The translations under genes and the position numbers were made by a program. Shown piece after piece: positions 1-8,519 of a DNA stretch of 27,481 bases (position 1 is its first letter; every line of letters begins with the position of its first letter). Where the stretch lies: positions 1 to 27,481 of the forward strand of contig JAWBTQ010000017.1 in the NCBI GenBank assembly GCA_038841535.1, given 5' to 3'. Source of the stretch: Sulfolobales archaeon. GTDB taxonomy: Archaea; Thermoproteota; Thermoprotei_A; Sulfolobales; NBVN01. The notes beneath the pieces are model-generated. The model searched no databases. It was not told where the DNA came from and saw nothing but the letters and a program-made list of their open reading frames with translations.

Positions 1-70
1 TGCTTCGCTTCCTGGAAACTAAACTCCAAACTACGTAATAAGAGAAGACGCAGGAAATACGATTCATATT

Positions 71-83
71 AAAGCTTATTTAG
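71..83 (+). promoter_or_regulatory. Putative BRE/TATA promoter of the HEPN-MNT operon
   Basis: AAAGCTTATTTAG upstream of the GGTGG RBS (115-119) and ATG at 127. Confidence 0.4.
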
Positions 84-126
84 TGTAGTCCTTATATGGA
101 GGAGAGTTAGTTGTGGTGGGTACTAA

Positions 127-525
127 ATGAGGGATGAGGCTTTAAGGTGGTTTGATGAGGCTTTATGGGATCTTGATACAGCTAGAATCCTACATAGGGA
201 GAAGAGGTTTAATGCTGCTGCTTTCTATTCTCACCAAGCGGCTGAAAAGGCCTGTAAGGCACTTCTCTACAACGTTAATGAGGCTCCATGGGGGCACAGC
301 GTTAGAGAGCTCCTAGCACGGTACTATAATAGACTCGGTGAAACCCCCCCAAACGACCTTATGACCTATGCGAGAGAATTAGATAGGCACTATATACCGT
401 CTAGGTATCCGAATGCGCATCCAGCTGGAACACCTCACGAAGCCTATGACGAAGAGACTTCGAGCAGGTCTCTGGAAGCAGCTGAGAGAGTGATTCAATT
501 TGTCAAAAACGTACTTAGATTATGA
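127..525 (+). CDS. HEPN domain protein (HepT-like toxin/RNase)
   Basis: Motifs A.F.SHQAAEKACKA, GHS and L..HYIPSRYPNAH (R-X4-H = RYPNAH); overlaps a downstream MNT gene. Confidence 0.9.
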   Translation: MRDEALRWFDEALWDLDTARILHREKRFNAAAFYSHQAAEKACKALLYNVNEAPWGHSVRELLARYYNRLGETPPNDLMTYARELDRHYIPSRYPNAHPAGTPHEAYDEETSSRSLEAAERVIQFVKNVLRL

Positions 526-919
526 AGGATTATCGGAAGTTATTAAAAGGATTTTAAGCAGTTTTAAAACATATGCGGTGATACTTTTTGGTTCTCGTGC
601 TAGAGGGGATTATAAGCCGTGGAGTGATTATGATGTATTGGTAATAGCTGATTTTAGAGAGAGATACCTAGACAGAATAGGAAATATTTTAGAGTTAGTA
701 AGCAACATAAACATAAACGTAGAACCCCACCCATACACTCTCAATGAAGCTACTGAAATGCTTAAGAAGGGGAATCCAATAATTATCGATGCGCTTTCGG
801 AGGGTATAATCCTATATAGTAGGGAGGAATTTAAGGAACTTCTCAAACTTTATGAAGAACTTCTGAGAAAAGGACTTAAAAAATCAAAAACCTCAGTAAT
901 CGTACCACCTACTACCTAG
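500..919 (+). CDS. Minimal nucleotidyltransferase (MntA-like antitoxin)
   Basis: LFGSRARGDYKPWSDYD matches GS-X10-DXD; TTG start; 26-nt overlap with the HEPN gene. Confidence 0.9.
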   Translation: MSKTYLDYEGLSEVIKRILSSFKTYAVILFGSRARGDYKPWSDYDVLVIADFRERYLDRIGNILELVSNININVEPHPYTLNEATEMLKKGNPIIIDALSEGIILYSREEFKELLKLYEELLRKGLKKSKTSVIVPPTT

Positions 920-1229
920 CCAAAGAGAAAGATAAGCAGAGGAAAAAGCTAGAACAACTCTTCGTAGCATGGATAACCCAGTAGCTATCACATCTATCGT
1001 GTCGAATACACGTTACAGCATGTAATCCACGACTTACGCTTTTCATCGCAGTCCCGCGTTGTTTAGCTGTTCCCGCTGGAACTCGAGCTAGATCTGGCCA
1101 GACCCCTTATACTCATGGATGAGGCTTTCAGTTTAGATGACGAAAGAGATCAAATGCTAGAATTTGATTACTTGAAGAGGAGTTCTTTACGACGTAAAAG
1201 TTGTTGTAGAGTTAAAAAGATCAAAAAGA

Positions 1230-1850
1230 TTAACTTGTACTTTCCTTAGGCTTTAGGTATATCTTTCCTCCTATAATCGCTGAGTTTGGTATGAGTACTT
1301 TAACTCCATCAGCTTTATTTACTACTGTGAAGAGTGTGGCAACATCTTCTACAACTCCGTCCTCACCTGCGATAACGACTTTGTCTCCTATTTTAAACGG
1401 TCTCGCTATGAGTAGAAATAGTCCCGCTACTGCCTGCCCTAAGACCTGCTGTGAGGCGAAGCCCACGACTATGCCTAGGAAGCCGCCTAGAGCAACTCCA
1501 GCAGCTCCACCAGCAACTCCACCGGCTATTGCGGCTGCTAGCGCACCTATACCCACGATTCTAACGACGTTCCTAATAGCAGCTGCTGTTGGGTGGTCGT
1601 ACTTAGCTCTAGTTAGCCAATAGAATACGTTCGCAATACTAGTGACTATTAAGTAGCCGAATGCTACAGCAATAAGTATTTGAGCGTACACTGAGTACTC
1701 AGCTATCTCTATTTTAAAAGACGGTAAGAGGCTAGCAAATACGTACTGCACTATCGCTGATACGACTACGTACAGAACTACGTAAACCACCGTTCTTGTA
1801 ATAGCTTTGGAGGACTCGGCGACAGGACTTACTTGAGTAGACTTAGACAT
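1230..1850 (-). CDS. mscS: Small-conductance mechanosensitive channel (MscS family, short archaeal form)
   Basis: Three TM segments, Gly/Ala-rich TM3 (GFASQQVLGQAVAGL), RPFKIGDKV and IPNS motifs; lacks the C-terminal alpha/beta domain. Confidence 0.85.
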   Translation of the reverse strand: MSKSTQVSPVAESSKAITRTVVYVVLYVVVSAIVQYVFASLLPSFKIEIAEYSVYAQILIAVAFGYLIVTSIANVFYWLTRAKYDHPTAAAIRNVVRIVGIGALAAAIAGGVAGGAAGVALGGFLGIVVGFASQQVLGQAVAGLFLLIARPFKIGDKVVIAGEDGVVEDVATLFTVVNKADGVKVLIPNSAIIGGKIYLKPKESTS

Positions 1851-1893
1851 TTGGTAGTCCCACTAATATGCTGTATTCTCCAAATATAATTTA

Positions 1894-1919
1894 TAGTCAG
1901 TTAGCGACTTCACTGACTA
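1894..1919. promoter_or_regulatory. 8-bp inverted repeat abutting the mscS TATA box
   Basis: TAGTCAGT-N10-ACTGACTA directly upstream (minus strand) of TATAAATTATAT. Confidence 0.35.
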
Positions 1920-2096
1920 GTTTGATGCTCGCTGTGATCTTAGGTCTGGTCTCATAGTATTTAGTGTCGTCCAATGAGATCTTCATTAAATATCCACGAG
2001 AATTAATGACTTTACGGTGTTTGATTTAGACAAATGTGAATCTAGAGTGTAAAAATAGTTTTATGGTCTCTCAATTCTTTTTCTTGGTGTAGGTGT

Positions 2097-2552
2097 GTGA
2101 TCGTAATGTTCATGAGGCATGCTAAAGCTGCTGAAGCCAGACCAGGTGAGAGAGATGAGGAGAGGAGGCTTACTAGTGAGGGAATAGAGGAGGCTGTCTT
2201 AGTGTCTAGGTTCTTACCTAAAGTTAAGATAATATACTCCAGCCCATTCAAGAGAGCCGTTGAGACTGCTGAGATAATATCGCAAGCTCATAGAGTAGAG
2301 TACAGAGTTATTGACGAGCTCTCACCGGGTTACTACCTAAAGGACGTCGAGCCGTACTTTACCGATAGAGCACTATTTGTAGGGCACTCACCATACGTTG
2401 AAGACTTCGTATCAGAGCTAGCGGGTTATAGACCATGTCTACCTACAGCTGGAGTAATCGGTGTGAGAAAGTCAGGAAACGCATGGGTAATCGAGTTCTT
2501 TATTACTCCACGGTACGCTAGAGAGATAGCAGAAAGAACTCGAGTTCAGTAG
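2097..2552 (+). CDS. sixA: SixA-like histidine phosphatase (phosphoglycerate mutase superfamily)
   Basis: MRHAKA, R.LT.EG, SSP.KRA.ETA and FVGH.P motifs. Confidence 0.85.
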   Translation: MIVMFMRHAKAAEARPGERDEERRLTSEGIEEAVLVSRFLPKVKIIYSSPFKRAVETAEIISQAHRVEYRVIDELSPGYYLKDVEPYFTDRALFVGHSPYVEDFVSELAGYRPCLPTAGVIGVRKSGNAWVIEFFITPRYAREIAERTRVQ

Positions 2553-2824
2553 TTATCAGCGCTACCTTAAGGTATCTACTCAATCTCGCTAGCCGACGCT
2601 AAACGAGAGCTTTATCAATTATGCTGGTAAGTGGAGCCAGTTGAAGCTGAAGATTTAGCATAGGGAGCTCTCTAAATTACTCAAGGAATAACGTAGAATG
2701 ATGTAGCAGCTACAGCTCACTTAAGTCGCGACTAAATTGAAGTTTTCTCCAACTCTCTTAATAACTAGGGCTTAGAGCAAGTGACTACAGCGAAACATCA
2801 CTGTGCGAGTCTTTCACTACTTCT

Positions 2825-3355
2825 TTAGTAGTCTAAGCCTTCTATATTTATAAAGCCTTCTCGAAAGTAGTGTTTTACTTCCCTGACTTCACTCACTAAG
2901 TCCGCCATACTCTTGAGTGTCGACGGTACATAGCGACCTGTAACTACTGCATGGAGGTTTCTGTTTTTAACAAACCTCCTTAAGGCTTTAGCGGCAGTTC
3001 TTTCATCAACTAGACCCATGTGGACTGCGAGACCCAGCTCGTCGAAAACCACGAGTCTGGGTCTATAGGTCCTAAAGAGGTTAGGTAGTATGTAAGTTAA
3101 GAAAGCATAGGAAGTTGCCATATTCTCGGAGGCCACCTCGTCTTCGTATACACCAGGTTTAACGAACTCTCTAGTTCCTAGTACATACAGCTTGAGTGGG
3201 AGCTTGAGCTTACTTAGTAGCAGCAGTTCACCACTATCACTAGACTTCATGAATACCGCTATAACCACTCTCCACCCACGGCCTAGAGCTCTAACGGCAG
3301 CTCCGTAAGCAGCAGAGGTCTTTCCCTTACCCTTGCCGAAGAAAACGAGTAGCAA
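2825..3355 (-). CDS. cobO: ATP:cob(I)alamin adenosyltransferase (CobO/BtuR/CobA type)
   Basis: GKGKGKTSAA.G...RA.G.G P-loop, VFDEL, VVTGR, ADLVSEV..VKHYF and terminal GLDY; TTG start. Confidence 0.85.
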   Translation of the reverse strand: MLLVFFGKGKGKTSAAYGAAVRALGRGWRVVIAVFMKSSDSGELLLLSKLKLPLKLYVLGTREFVKPGVYEDEVASENMATSYAFLTYILPNLFRTYRPRLVVFDELGLAVHMGLVDERTAAKALRRFVKNRNLHAVVTGRYVPSTLKSMADLVSEVREVKHYFREGFINIEGLDY

Positions 3356-3358
3356 GCA

Positions 3359-5080
3359 TTAACCCCTAGCTACGTAGCCAACGTTCTCAGCTAATTGAAC
3401 TAGTTCCTCAAAGACTTCCCTAGGAACCTCGACCCCTAGCTCTCCAGAAACTTCGAAGCGAAGCCTCTCGAGGTCTTTGCTTTCCTTCCTGAGGTAAACT
3501 CCAGAGACAGCTAGAGCTGTCATTGCGTATCTAAACTTATCGGAGAGCTCCCTAATTTTATCTAAGACTGCTGGGCCGAGCTTATACCTTAAATACAGAG
3601 CAGTAAGATACCCCTCTTGAGCCAGCTTAAGGGACGGACCTCCAGACGGTGGTTCGACACTCTTTAATCCGATATCGATGCCCAGCTCCCTAGACTTCCT
3701 CCAGTATAGGTACTGTCTAGCGTCTAGCACTAAACCGGAGGTCCTGATAGTGTCTAGCCCGTAAACCATGTGTAAATACGGGTAGAGCCTGGCGTATTCA
3801 ACCTCTAGAACTGCCGATAAAGCAGCTACCCCAATGTTGTAGACGAGCCTCGGGCTCATCTTGTCTAAGGTGTCGCTACTCGTATGGTAGTACCTATCGG
3901 GCCACTGGTTCAGCATAACTGCTGGTATCCCGAGTGATACGTAGACGTCGTGGTCACTCCCGGTTTCGTAGTTAACTAGAGAGAACCGTATGAGTGGGAA
4001 CTCCACTGGAGACGAAAAACTGCCCGACTTCGGAAGAGCTGCTAGTAGTTTGCTATATACTGAGGCTTCGAGCTCACTCATGAGGGTGATCGGAGGCCTT
4101 ACTATGTTTAGAACTGACCCAGTTCTACACTGCTTCTCACCGATCATGTCGAGATTTACTGCTCCAGAGACCCTTCTCCCCTCGCTCAAGACTACTCTGA
4201 GGTACCTAGCAGTCCCGTGATGCTCGGGGACCCATACGAACCTTACGGATCTCTTTACGGATATCCTACTCTCTCTAGTGGCTAAAGCTAGCGATCTAGC
4301 AGCACTTAGTGCTCCGACAGACCCACTGACGTTATCATTAATTGTTGCTCTAGGGTGGCAGTAGTGAGCAACTATGTGGTACTCGTCACTAGAATCGCCT
4401 ATAGACGCCTCAACGACTCTAGCGTATGCCTCACTCCTGTAGCCAGACTTAACGTAGCCCTTGACTACAACTTCCTCACCCTTCTCCATATCGCTTATAA
4501 TTTCCTCAGCTGCGTCTCTCGGTACCGTGAGAGCGGGTACCCTCATATACTCCAGCTCGGTTTGAGTTGGAAATATCCCGACGTACGGGTAGGAGCCTAC
4601 TGGCGCATTCCTTCTGAAGACTAGAACCGCTTGAGCACCAACTTCAACAGCCTTCAGATAAGTTCCAAACCCCCAATCCGAAGTGAGGACAACGCTATCT
4701 CTACACTGAGCTATATGCTTGTAAGTCGAAGCATAGCAGACCTTGCCCTCGAACTCCCCAGGAGGAGAGTGAGCTACTACAGCTGTCCAAGCATGCTTGA
4801 GTGACGACACAACCCTCCTCTTAGGTTTAACCAATTCAGCGAATCCGTCAACTACGAACCACCCAGCAACCGGGGCAGATGTAGGTGGGGACTCAGATCC
4901 GTAAGGTAGGTCATAGACTCTCACACTCAAACCCCAGTCGGTGAGAACATCGCGAATGAGTTTTCCGGCTTCTTCGAGTCCCGGACTTCCCTGTATTCTA
5001 TGATGCCTAGAGAGCTCTTCAGCTAGGTACTCAACTTCAGCTCTCGAGAAGTAATCCAAGAGAGCGTTAAGCATTGTCAA
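3359..5080 (-). CDS. DUF4910-like M28-superfamily metallopeptidase with PA insert
   Basis: HRIQGSPG, AHYCHP...NDN.SG, WVPE, NLDMIG, GSDH and YHTSSDT Zn-peptidase motifs; start TTG 5080 or ATG 5074. Confidence 0.8.
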   Translation of the reverse strand: MTMLNALLDYFSRAEVEYLAEELSRHHRIQGSPGLEEAGKLIRDVLTDWGLSVRVYDLPYGSESPPTSAPVAGWFVVDGFAELVKPKRRVVSSLKHAWTAVVAHSPPGEFEGKVCYASTYKHIAQCRDSVVLTSDWGFGTYLKAVEVGAQAVLVFRRNAPVGSYPYVGIFPTQTELEYMRVPALTVPRDAAEEIISDMEKGEEVVVKGYVKSGYRSEAYARVVEASIGDSSDEYHIVAHYCHPRATINDNVSGSVGALSAARSLALATRESRISVKRSVRFVWVPEHHGTARYLRVVLSEGRRVSGAVNLDMIGEKQCRTGSVLNIVRPPITLMSELEASVYSKLLAALPKSGSFSSPVEFPLIRFSLVNYETGSDHDVYVSLGIPAVMLNQWPDRYYHTSSDTLDKMSPRLVYNIGVAALSAVLEVEYARLYPYLHMVYGLDTIRTSGLVLDARQYLYWRKSRELGIDIGLKSVEPPSGGPSLKLAQEGYLTALYLRYKLGPAVLDKIRELSDKFRYAMTALAVSGVYLRKESKDLERLRFEVSGELGVEVPREVFEELVQLAENVGYVARG

Positions 5081-5083
5081 GTC

Positions 5084-5305
5084 CTACACCTCGATGCCAA
5101 ACCTTTTTAGCAAATTGTAAATGGTGATCCCAATAACTCTGTTGTCCTTGATCCTGTAGCCTACATCGCCCTCCACTAGGATGGCCTCCTCGGCTTCTTC
5201 AGCTCCCTCGCCGAAGACTATATTCAGTGTGTCGGTGTTTCTATCGTAGTCTATTAAGACCTTGTCAATGTTCTCGAGAATGAACACTCTCCTACCCTCC
5301 GACAC
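5084..5305 (-). CDS. DUF2283-family small protein
   Basis: IDYD...DTL.I.F and VIGITI pattern; GGTGA RBS 5 nt before GTG; own TATA (TTTATTA, minus strand, 5337-5343). Confidence 0.75.
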   Translation of the reverse strand: MSEGRRVFILENIDKVLIDYDRNTDTLNIVFGEGAEEAEEAILVEGDVGYRIKDNRVIGITIYNLLKRFGIEV

Positions 5306-5381
5306 TTAGATCACCTAGCTTAAGCTTAACCTAAGATAATAAATCCTCGCAAGCTCGATCGACTAACTACCTCCACTGGCG

Positions 5382-7220
5382 TTATACAGACCCTTTATAG
5401 CTCCCCCTCGTAGTAAGTAGAGTGGCAGTATCGAAGTGGCCTAGGAGGGGCTCAGACGTCTTAAGTATCGTATACCCAGACCTAACTACGTGAGACTTAA
5501 TGAGCGCTACTCGATCTGGTGCGAGCTCGAGGACTCTAACGTACTCGTTGGGTATGTCTAGCATTTCGAGATACTCCTTCTCACTCCTGAAGACTACCTT
5601 CGTGTTGGCCAGCTGTATCACGATCCTGTGTACATCTTTGGGTGAATGGGTACTGAAGATTATCCCCATACCTCTAGACCTACCTAACCTAGCTATTCTC
5701 GATATGAAGTCGGCTAGTAGTTCTACTTCCTCAGCCGAAGTACCTTCAGACGGGAAAAACCTGTGGGACTCGTCGAGCACCACGACAGCAGGTCTCGTAA
5801 TGGGACCTCCATACTTCTTCCATTCGTATAGACTCCTTAGGACTTCGTAAGCTATCAGATTAGCGATTAGGAAGTGCAGCCCTCGAGAGACTGCGTAGTC
5901 GAGGTCTAAGACTATGGGGCTATAGAGCATGCCACTGAGGAAGTTGGGGCTTGGAATACCTACTCGAACACCGTTTAAGCTTACGTCAACGCACTCAGAG
6001 CTAGCTATGAAATTCACTGCTCTCTCTATACTGTCAAAAGTGCTTCGATGTATCTTAAGAGTCCTCTCTATATCCCTTCTCCTCTCCGCTAGAGCGGCCG
6101 ATAAGTGTGTGAAATTAGATATCTGTCCAATCTCTTGCTCGACGTAGTCAATGACATGGTGTAGGTATATCTTAGCCTGCCTCGAAAAGATCGGGAGCGC
6201 ATCTAAGTGCTCAAACAGCTGTGTGTAGCTAAGGGAGACTGGGACTACGTTTATCTTAACCTCACCCCACTCACCTAGCCTAACGAGAGTCTCAGCCAGT
6301 ATTTGTCCAGAGCTTTTGGTGACTGATACAGCTACCTCCGGGTTGACACCGTGATATACTCTCGCAATAGCTGAAAGCCTTTCCTCTAGGTAGTCTACAA
6401 CAGCTCTCGAGAAGTCTCTAGTTGTGCGAGTGACCGGCAGGAGGATCGTCATCTTATCGAGCCTCTTCAGAGAGCCTCTAAAAGCAGCTAAGTACACTCT
6501 AGAGTCAGCTGGTTCAGCGATGGGTGGTAGGGTTATTTGTGCATAGTCTCCAGCAGCATCCACTACCAGTACTAAAACCTCGGGATAGTGATTGGTCAGA
6601 TACCACAATAAGTTCTTAACGAACGTCGTCTTTCCTGACCCGGTAGTCCCTATAACCAAGACGTGTTTGAATATCTCCTTGAGGGGTAGTCTAACCGGTA
6701 TATCCCCACCGGCGACCGGCGTGGAACCTGTGTGTAAGTGTCCCAACACCATACCGTCTTCCGGGAGTCCGGCCACTCTCGATACGAGCTCTGGGTTGCG
6801 AGGTATTACTACGGGTGACTGGGGTTCGACCGGGGACATATAGGGCAGACCCTCCTCATCTAGGAGAGGGGCTGTTTCGACTACTATGGGAGCGAGTAGG
6901 CCCTCCGGGGATACCCCTAGGCTTACTGATAGGGGGGTCTGAAGGTCTGAAGCCACGTCCGATCTCTTTATCGATGTGACTCTAAGCCCTACGGCTTTTA
7001 CTGTTCTAATGTCCACGGTTACTAGGAGGTTTCCCACGTCGAAGGCATTTGTGTACTCGTAGTATACCTGAGGTGTTACCTCGACGTAGACCCTACTAAA
7101 GCTATCGGAAGAAGATGAGAGGGCTCTCCTGCTCACGTATCCTACTACTACCCCTAACTCTTTTGCCTTAGAGTACGCACCGGATATGAGGGTAGATATC
7201 TTGCTTACCGGGCTACCCAT
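5382..7220 (-). CDS. HerA-family (DUF87) ATPase/translocase
   Basis: N-terminal barrel-like region, KHVLVIGTTGSGKT Walker A, VVVLDESHRF Walker B, RLGRSRG and STHSP; ATG 7220 follows GGTGA (ORF track start is GTG 7232). Confidence 0.85.
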   Translation of the reverse strand: MGSPVSKISTLISGAYSKAKELGVVVGYVSRRALSSSSDSFSRVYVEVTPQVYYEYTNAFDVGNLLVTVDIRTVKAVGLRVTSIKRSDVASDLQTPLSVSLGVSPEGLLAPIVVETAPLLDEEGLPYMSPVEPQSPVVIPRNPELVSRVAGLPEDGMVLGHLHTGSTPVAGGDIPVRLPLKEIFKHVLVIGTTGSGKTTFVKNLLWYLTNHYPEVLVLVVDAAGDYAQITLPPIAEPADSRVYLAAFRGSLKRLDKMTILLPVTRTTRDFSRAVVDYLEERLSAIARVYHGVNPEVAVSVTKSSGQILAETLVRLGEWGEVKINVVPVSLSYTQLFEHLDALPIFSRQAKIYLHHVIDYVEQEIGQISNFTHLSAALAERRRDIERTLKIHRSTFDSIERAVNFIASSECVDVSLNGVRVGIPSPNFLSGMLYSPIVLDLDYAVSRGLHFLIANLIAYEVLRSLYEWKKYGGPITRPAVVVLDESHRFFPSEGTSAEEVELLADFISRIARLGRSRGMGIIFSTHSPKDVHRIVIQLANTKVVFRSEKEYLEMLDIPNEYVRVLELAPDRVALIKSHVVRSGYTILKTSEPLLGHFDTATLLTTRGSYKGSV

Positions 7221-8241
7221 ATGTGAGGTCACCTGGAAGTACCGCTAAAATACCCCTGGACTTAGCTGTTAGCTCTACTAACTCCACTAACTTCTTCACT
7301 AAGCTCTTGGATACTCTATCCGCAACATACAGCCCGTAGGGTATAGATAGAGCTAGGCTAGAACAGGACGAGTAGACCATAGACAATAGGTCCACAAGTT
7401 TAGACGACCCTAATTGCTCTATTACGGTACAAGGTATCTCGACTTTACCTAGAGTGTAGGTGTATCCGGTCCCCCCTGAAGTAATGTAAAAGGAGCAGAC
7501 TTTGAGCTCGTTTTGAGCAACTACAGGTCCCACAGCCATAGGTTTACCTTCTTGCACAAGCTCCCCCACCGAGACCTCAGTTCCAACTCTCTTGACGAAT
7601 CCTATCACGACCTTACCCTCGCTTAATGCTTCATTAATATAGCGAGCCCTCTTACTATTTAAGAGAGCCACTTCATCCACCCAGTATCCGGGCCTAAAGT
7701 AAGGTCTTGAAATAGGAATTAACGGTCCGTCGATGAGTACATACTTAAGCCTAGAGCCTACTGCGATGCCGAGACCGTAGAGCTCTAAAGCTAGTCTAAC
7801 GTCAGATTCGAGAGCAGATGGGTCTACGTATGGATCCTCTTCGTATGGAATCCCGAGCTCGATGTATCTATCGGTTATCCCGCGAGTTAGTGTTCTCAAC
7901 CTCTTTAGTGACGATATAAATGGTGGCCCAAGGTACGACTCAGCAGTCGTAGACGGGTAAACTGCTAGATCACTAGGTGAAACTACCGAGAGTCCAGCAA
8001 TACTCACATAGTTACCCCCAATGTATAGGGTAGCTGAAGCAGCATCTACCGCCGCAGAGCTAGTAACGAGATCTGAGTAGTCAACGCTCTTCAGGGTCAA
8101 TACCTCAACGCCATCGCTTCCTGCTTCATCTGTTCGTCTGGGACTGACTCCACCTTTAGTAATACTTGCCTCAACTACTTCCTCTAAGAGCTTTACTAGC
8201 GTTATTTCCCCGAGACAGTTACTTACCTGGATTAATAACAC
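7213..8241 (-). CDS. NurA-family nuclease
   Basis: AAVDAAS, E..VR..LE, LIDGPL, GFVKR and PYGL..AD..SK RNase H-fold NurA motifs; overlaps herA; start uncertain. Confidence 0.75.
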   Translation of the reverse strand: MLLIQVSNCLGEITLVKLLEEVVEASITKGGVSPRRTDEAGSDGVEVLTLKSVDYSDLVTSSAAVDAASATLYIGGNYVSIAGLSVVSPSDLAVYPSTTAESYLGPPFISSLKRLRTLTRGITDRYIELGIPYEEDPYVDPSALESDVRLALELYGLGIAVGSRLKYVLIDGPLIPISRPYFRPGYWVDEVALLNSKRARYINEALSEGKVVIGFVKRVGTEVSVGELVQEGKPMAVGPVVAQNELKVCSFYITSGGTGYTYTLGKVEIPCTVIEQLGSSKLVDLLSMVYSSCSSLALSIPYGLYVADRVSKSLVKKLVELVELTAKSRGILAVLPGDLTYG

Positions 8242-8475
8242 CAGCTCCCGGGAATTACGAAACTACAGGGCTTATCAAGTATTGATGGAGTCAATAAGAG
8301 TGTGTGGCTTACCCGTGGGTTAAAAAGAGAGCTGCGAGCTAGATTTGCGTTAGTTCTGTAACTCTAGGCTTGAAGACATGTGATAACTAGAGGAGTAGCT
8401 ACGACATCGTCTCACTGTATTGCGTAATAGACTGTTTGGACTCCACCATTTTAGAACGACGCATTCCTACTGCGT

Positions 8476-8515
8476 GAGAATATAAATGTAGACAAAGCGA
8501 CTAAGAACAGGGTGA
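8476..8515 (+). promoter_or_regulatory. BRE/TATA and RBS of the beta-propeller gene
   Basis: GAGAA-TATAAA at 8476-8486 and GGTGA at 8511-8515. Confidence 0.55.
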
Positions 8516-8519
8516 AACA

